From assembly GCA_965204345.1 (NCBI GenBank), contig OZ241981.1:1280001-1344000 (forward strand): 64,000 nucleotides of DNA, read 5' to 3'. This document shows positions 60,038 to 64,000 of the stretch, one piece after another. Origin of the DNA: Nitrosopumilus sp. GTDB lineage: Archaea > Thermoproteota > Nitrososphaeria > Nitrososphaerales > Nitrosopumilaceae. Within the stretch, counting starts at the first letter, position 1. The number at the start of each line of letters is the position of its first letter. Made by a program: the position numbers and the translations under genes. The notes beneath the pieces are model-generated. The model had not been told where the DNA came from. It saw only the letters and a program-made list of their open reading frames with translations, and did not search any database.

Positions 60038-60991
60038 TCAAGATTTCATTAAATCTTCATAAAATTGTACATATTTTTGTAATAGTGTATCCCAAGTCAG
60101 ATTTTTCATCACAAAATCATATCCATTCTGAGTAAATTTTTCTACAGTTTCTTTATCAGTTAACAAATGATTTATCGCATCTATTAATTCTCCATTGTTA
60201 TTTGATGAAACTAAAATACCATTTCCCCCATCTGTTATTAATTCTGGAATGCCGCCTACTCTAGTAGCTATTATGGGTACTTTAAGATAGAATGCCTCTT
60301 TGATTACTTGTGGAATGCTTTCCATTCGTGATGGAATTACTATCAATGACGATTCTTTTAATTTAATCATGGCATCTTCCCAACTTTCATTTGTACAATA
60401 AACAACATTTCCATTAAGATTTGATTCAATTTGCTTTAAGACATCTATTCCTTTTTCATAACTATCCCTACCAATGTATATGATCTGTTTTTCTTTTTTA
60501 ACAACTTTGGGCAAATTTTTGAATTTTTGAACATCTAATGGCGCATAAATGCATTCAAAATCAACATCTAATTTTTCTTTATATTGTTTCTGCACTGTTT
60601 TTGAATCTGTAGTTAATTTGTCTGCCCAAGTAAGAACTTTTGATTCCACAACTTTAGCTACTGATCCTATTGTTTTTGAATGTAATATGCCTACTTGCTC
60701 TGAGTACATTCCATGTACAGAAAGAACTTTTTTCTTTGATTTGGCGTATTTCATGGCAAAAGCTGACGGTATGTTAAATGCATGTACGACATCATATTCT
60801 TCTTTCCCAAAAATTGCTTTTAATGTACTAAATAGAGCAAAGCTAGGATTCTTCAGTTTTTTAATTGGGATTGACGAGATGTGCATTAAGTTTATCTCAA
60901 ATCCATAATCTCTAAGCTTTTCAGCAACTCTTGCTGCATGCCCTCCAATCCCTCCTTCATATCTTGGTGCAATAAATAAAATTTTCAACAT
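60038..60991 (-). CDS. Glycosyltransferase family 4
   Basis: GGIG, KGID, PSRMES.P.V.KEA...P.IATRVGGIPE. Confidence 0.9.
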   Translation of the reverse strand: MLKILFIAPRYEGGIGGHAARVAEKLRDYGFEINLMHISSIPIKKLKNPSFALFSTLKAIFGKEEYDVVHAFNIPSAFAMKYAKSKKKVLSVHGMYSEQVGILHSKTIGSVAKVVESKVLTWADKLTTDSKTVQKQYKEKLDVDFECIYAPLDVQKFKNLPKVVKKEKQIIYIGRDSYEKGIDVLKQIESNLNGNVVYCTNESWEDAMIKLKESSLIVIPSRMESIPQVIKEAFYLKVPIIATRVGGIPELITDGGNGILVSSNNNGELIDAINHLLTDKETVEKFTQNGYDFVMKNLTWDTLLQKYVQFYEDLMKS

Positions 60992-61092
60992 ATAATCACG
61001 TGGGCTTCTAATTCTAAGAATATTTACTTGTATATGATAAATTTTCTCTACAATAATTAATAATAAGTTCCAAATTCAAATATTTTCATATA

Positions 61093-62163
61093 ATGAAAAC
61101 TGCTATTGTGATGGGAACTAGACCTGAAATCATAAAACTAGCCCCAGTTATCTCTCTTTTACCTAAAGGAAAAACTTCAATTATTTTCACAGGGCAACAT
61201 TTTGACTATGATATGGGTTTAAAATTCATAGATCAGTTGGGAATAAGAAGGCCGGATTATGCATTAAAAATAGCAAGAAATAATCCAAGTATTCAGATGG
61301 GTCAAATTATTATAAAATTATCGAAAATTCTTGCAGATCTAAAACCTGATTCTGTTATAGTTCAAGGAGATACTAATACTGTATTGGCGTCTGCAATTTG
61401 TTCTTTAAAATCAGGAATACCTGTTAGTCATGTTGAATCTGGATTAAGAAGTTTTGATTGGAGAATGCCTGAAGAACATAACAGAATCGCAACAGATCAC
61501 ATTTCTGAATTACTCTTTGCTCCAACTGACATGGCAAAAAATAATTTGATTTCAGAAAAAGTTCATGGAAAAAGTTTTGTTACGGGGAACACTGTTATTG
61601 ATGCTGTAAACAAATTCTCTAAAATTTCATCAATCAAATCTGATCTTCCTGTTGCATTAGATGATTTCATTCTATTTACATTACATAGAGCAGAAAATGT
61701 AGATAACAAAAAAATAATATCTTCTATAATTAAGGGTATAATTAATTCAAATGAGAATATTGTTTTTCCAATACATCCTAGAACAAAAAAACGTCTTCAT
61801 GAATTTGGCTTATACGATAAATTGTCTCAAAATAAAAATATTCAAATTCTTGACTCTATAGGATATTTTGATATCCTTGAACTAATGAAAAACTGTAGTT
61901 TTATTATAACTGATTCAGGTGGAATTCAAGAAGAGGCTACTTCACATGTAATTAGAAAGAAGGTATTGGTTGTAAGAAAAACAACTGATAGGCCTGAAGC
62001 CGTTGAGACTAAAATGGCTGAAATTATTAGATTAAATGAAAAAAATATCTCAAAATTGATTAAAAAAACCATGAAAAATCCTAAACTTTCTTCTAGAAAA
62101 GCACCCTATGGAAGAGGTGATGCAAGTAATAAAATTTTGAAGATTTTACAAAAGAATTTTTAG
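61093..62163 (+). CDS. wecB: UDP-N-acetylglucosamine 2-epimerase (non-hydrolysing)
   Basis: GTRPEIIKLAP, TGQH, QGDT, HVESGLRS, PEEHNR, TDSGGIQEE. Confidence 0.95.
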   Translation: MKTAIVMGTRPEIIKLAPVISLLPKGKTSIIFTGQHFDYDMGLKFIDQLGIRRPDYALKIARNNPSIQMGQIIIKLSKILADLKPDSVIVQGDTNTVLASAICSLKSGIPVSHVESGLRSFDWRMPEEHNRIATDHISELLFAPTDMAKNNLISEKVHGKSFVTGNTVIDAVNKFSKISSIKSDLPVALDDFILFTLHRAENVDNKKIISSIIKGIINSNENIVFPIHPRTKKRLHEFGLYDKLSQNKNIQILDSIGYFDILELMKNCSFIITDSGGIQEEATSHVIRKKVLVVRKTTDRPEAVETKMAEIIRLNEKNISKLIKKTMKNPKLSSRKAPYGRGDASNKILKILQKNF

Positions 62164-63302
62164 AGTGTCTTGGCCTCTTCTATAATGGATTTTACTACAT
62201 TATTCCACGAAAATTTTTGAACCATTTCTGATGACTGAATTCCCATACTCTCAACTTTGTTTGGCTGATCAAGTAACAAAATAATTTTTTCTGCTAATTC
62301 ACTTGCATTTTCAATGAAATATCCATTTTTTCCATTTTCTAAAACATCTTTGGGAAGTGTTCCTTTTTGAGCTATTATGGGAAGTGAGACTGCCATATAT
62401 TCTAGAACTTTTATTGGAAGAGCTCTTGATGTCACATCTGTTAATCTTAGCGGTCCTATGCCAATTGAAGCGTCTGAAATGTTTTCAGGAATTTGTTCTC
62501 TTTTAATCCATCCCTTAAATTCAACTGATTTATCTAATTTATTCTCCAAAGCAATTTCCTTTAATTTATCCATCTCTGCACCGCTTCCTAACAAAACAAA
62601 TTTTGCATCAGGGATTTTTTTAATTACTGATGGAATTGCTTCAAGTAAAATATCTAATCCTCTATGATAATACATTGCTCCGGCAAAAACTATCTTCTTT
62701 GGATTTTTTTCAGCTACAATATCAAATAAAGATAAATCCACACCGTTTGGAATTATTAAAATTTTTTCTGATTTTACACCATATTCATCGATAACAATTT
62801 TTTTTGTGTCATTATTTGAAACAAGAATTTTAGTTCCAGATCTAAGAGTCTTTCCATTAATCATTTTTTCAATCTTTCGTTGTAATGATTTGATTCCTGA
62901 TGCTTTTTCATAAATAGCATCGTCTATTTTTATAATTGATGGAATGCCTAATTCCTTTGCAGCTTCTACAGCAGATTTTGGAACTAGATGAAATGGATGA
63001 AATATTGTAAAAACAAAATCAAACTGATTTGATTTTCCTATTTTTATGGCCATCTTTTTAATATTAGATTGGCATCGTCTTGCAGCTATCTTGATTTTAG
63101 TTCTTGAGGGTGTTTCTGTTCGTATGATTTTGATTTTTGAGTTTATCTTAGGATTAAACTGTTCTCCATTCCAGTCAAGCTCCGGTGTGATTACTGTTAC
63201 ATCATTTCCCAACTCAGCAAATTTGTTAATAATATCAGTAATCACTACAACTCCTCCTCCACTAATTGGTGGAAAATGAAATACTAGGACTAGAATTTTC
63301 AC
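62160..63302 (-). CDS. Glycosyltransferase family 4
   Basis: FPPISGGG, IPNGVD, RGLD.LLEA, PIKVLEYMA. Confidence 0.9.
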   Translation of the reverse strand: MKILVLVFHFPPISGGGVVVITDIINKFAELGNDVTVITPELDWNGEQFNPKINSKIKIIRTETPSRTKIKIAARRCQSNIKKMAIKIGKSNQFDFVFTIFHPFHLVPKSAVEAAKELGIPSIIKIDDAIYEKASGIKSLQRKIEKMINGKTLRSGTKILVSNNDTKKIVIDEYGVKSEKILIIPNGVDLSLFDIVAEKNPKKIVFAGAMYYHRGLDILLEAIPSVIKKIPDAKFVLLGSGAEMDKLKEIALENKLDKSVEFKGWIKREQIPENISDASIGIGPLRLTDVTSRALPIKVLEYMAVSLPIIAQKGTLPKDVLENGKNGYFIENASELAEKIILLLDQPNKVESMGIQSSEMVQKFSWNNVVKSIIEEAKTL

Positions 63303-63345
63303 TATCTTTAGACTTTTTAAGGAATAAAAAAAATGTTACCTGGAA

Positions 63346-64000
63346 TTGAACTCTTCATTTGAAATGACAAAAAATTGGCTGCTAGATTCAGGGATTTTTG
63401 TATCTGAACCATCAGATCCTAACTTTGGCGGAGTTTATTCTTCTTACGATGAAAAAAACAAAGAATTTGCATTTTTGTATCCTGAAATTACTGGATACTA
63501 TGCAAGTACAATGAGATTTCTGTACGAACATGAAAAAAATGAAAAATACCTTCGTTTTGCAAAAGCGTCATGTGATTGGCTGATTGGTTTATATGAAAAA
63601 TTTGGCGGAATAATTCAAGGGATTTCACCTCAGGGAATCCCCAAAAAATTTGTTTATTCTTTTGATACTGCAATTTGCTCAAAGGGATTGTTGGACTGCT
63701 ACTTGATTTCAAAAGAAAAAAAATTTCTAGAATATGCACAAAAATTAAACAGCTGGATTTTGTCTGATACAATGGAAAATGACGGTATCATAAAACCAGT
63801 AAAAAATTTAGAAACTAACAAATTTGAAATTGATGATAAAGTATGGTATAAAAAATCTGGATGTTTGCATATCAAGCTGGCAATTCCACTATTGCAACTT
63901 TATAAAATTACAAATGATCAAACCTCATTAAACGCTGCCAAGAAAATCGCAAATTCAGTGATACACTTTCAGCAATCTGATGGAAGTATATTGCTTCACA
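63346..64000 (+). CDS. (alpha/alpha)6-barrel protein of a glycan cluster (six-hairpin glycosidase/prenyltransferase-like); 3'-truncated by window
   Basis: Open frame to window end, absent from the ORF track: WLLDSGI...YPEITGY...CDWL...YSFDTAIC.KGL...QQSDGS; start TTG 63346 or ATG 63364. Confidence 0.7.
   Translation, partial: MNSSFEMTKNWLLDSGIFVSEPSDPNFGGVYSSYDEKNKEFAFLYPEITGYYASTMRFLYEHEKNEKYLRFAKASCDWLIGLYEKFGGIIQGISPQGIPKKFVYSFDTAICSKGLLDCYLISKEKKFLEYAQKLNSWILSDTMENDGIIKPVKNLETNKFEIDDKVWYKKSGCLHIKLAIPLLQLYKITNDQTSLNAAKKIANSVIHFQQSDGSILLH

Noticed and set aside
1530-63772. Numerous 60-174 aa antisense or overlapping ORFs in the track (e.g. 13027..13551, 21480..21881, 48412..48819, 63488..63772)
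   Set aside because: They lie within well-supported genes and carry no recognisable motifs; shadow ORFs.

Overview
AT-rich archaeal chromosomal segment whose gene content points to an ammonia-oxidising Nitrosopumilaceae (Thaumarchaeota/Nitrososphaerota) genome: CdvB/ESCRT-III, PriL-PriS, aIF2 alpha/gamma, Nop10, AglB, anaerobic cobalamin genes, bacterial-type MetK, GrpE-DnaK-DnaJ, GatDE, Cdc48, pelota and the tetraether synthase Tes. It is mostly core housekeeping DNA and ends in the start of a surface-glycan cluster (about 55.3-64 kb). Non-coding elements are three intronless tRNAs (Gly-CCC, Gln-UUG, Leu-CAG), the SRP RNA and a candidate box C/D sRNA at about 51.40-51.46 kb, whose two guides together spell a contiguous tRNA-Leu(CAA) segment (predicted Cm34). 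Other main observations: an Lhr-type helicase gene apparently reduced to two decayed end fragments with a secreted serpin cassette between them; a glutamate-racemase homologue with both catalytic Cys replaced by Ser; a repeated heptamer upstream of cdvB; a truncated dehydrogenase near a pseudo-dehydrogenase; a perfect 7x18-bp repeat in dnaK; and several microproteins below the ORF-track cutoff. No CRISPR array, transposase or integrase was seen. All family assignments come from motif recognition, not database searches.
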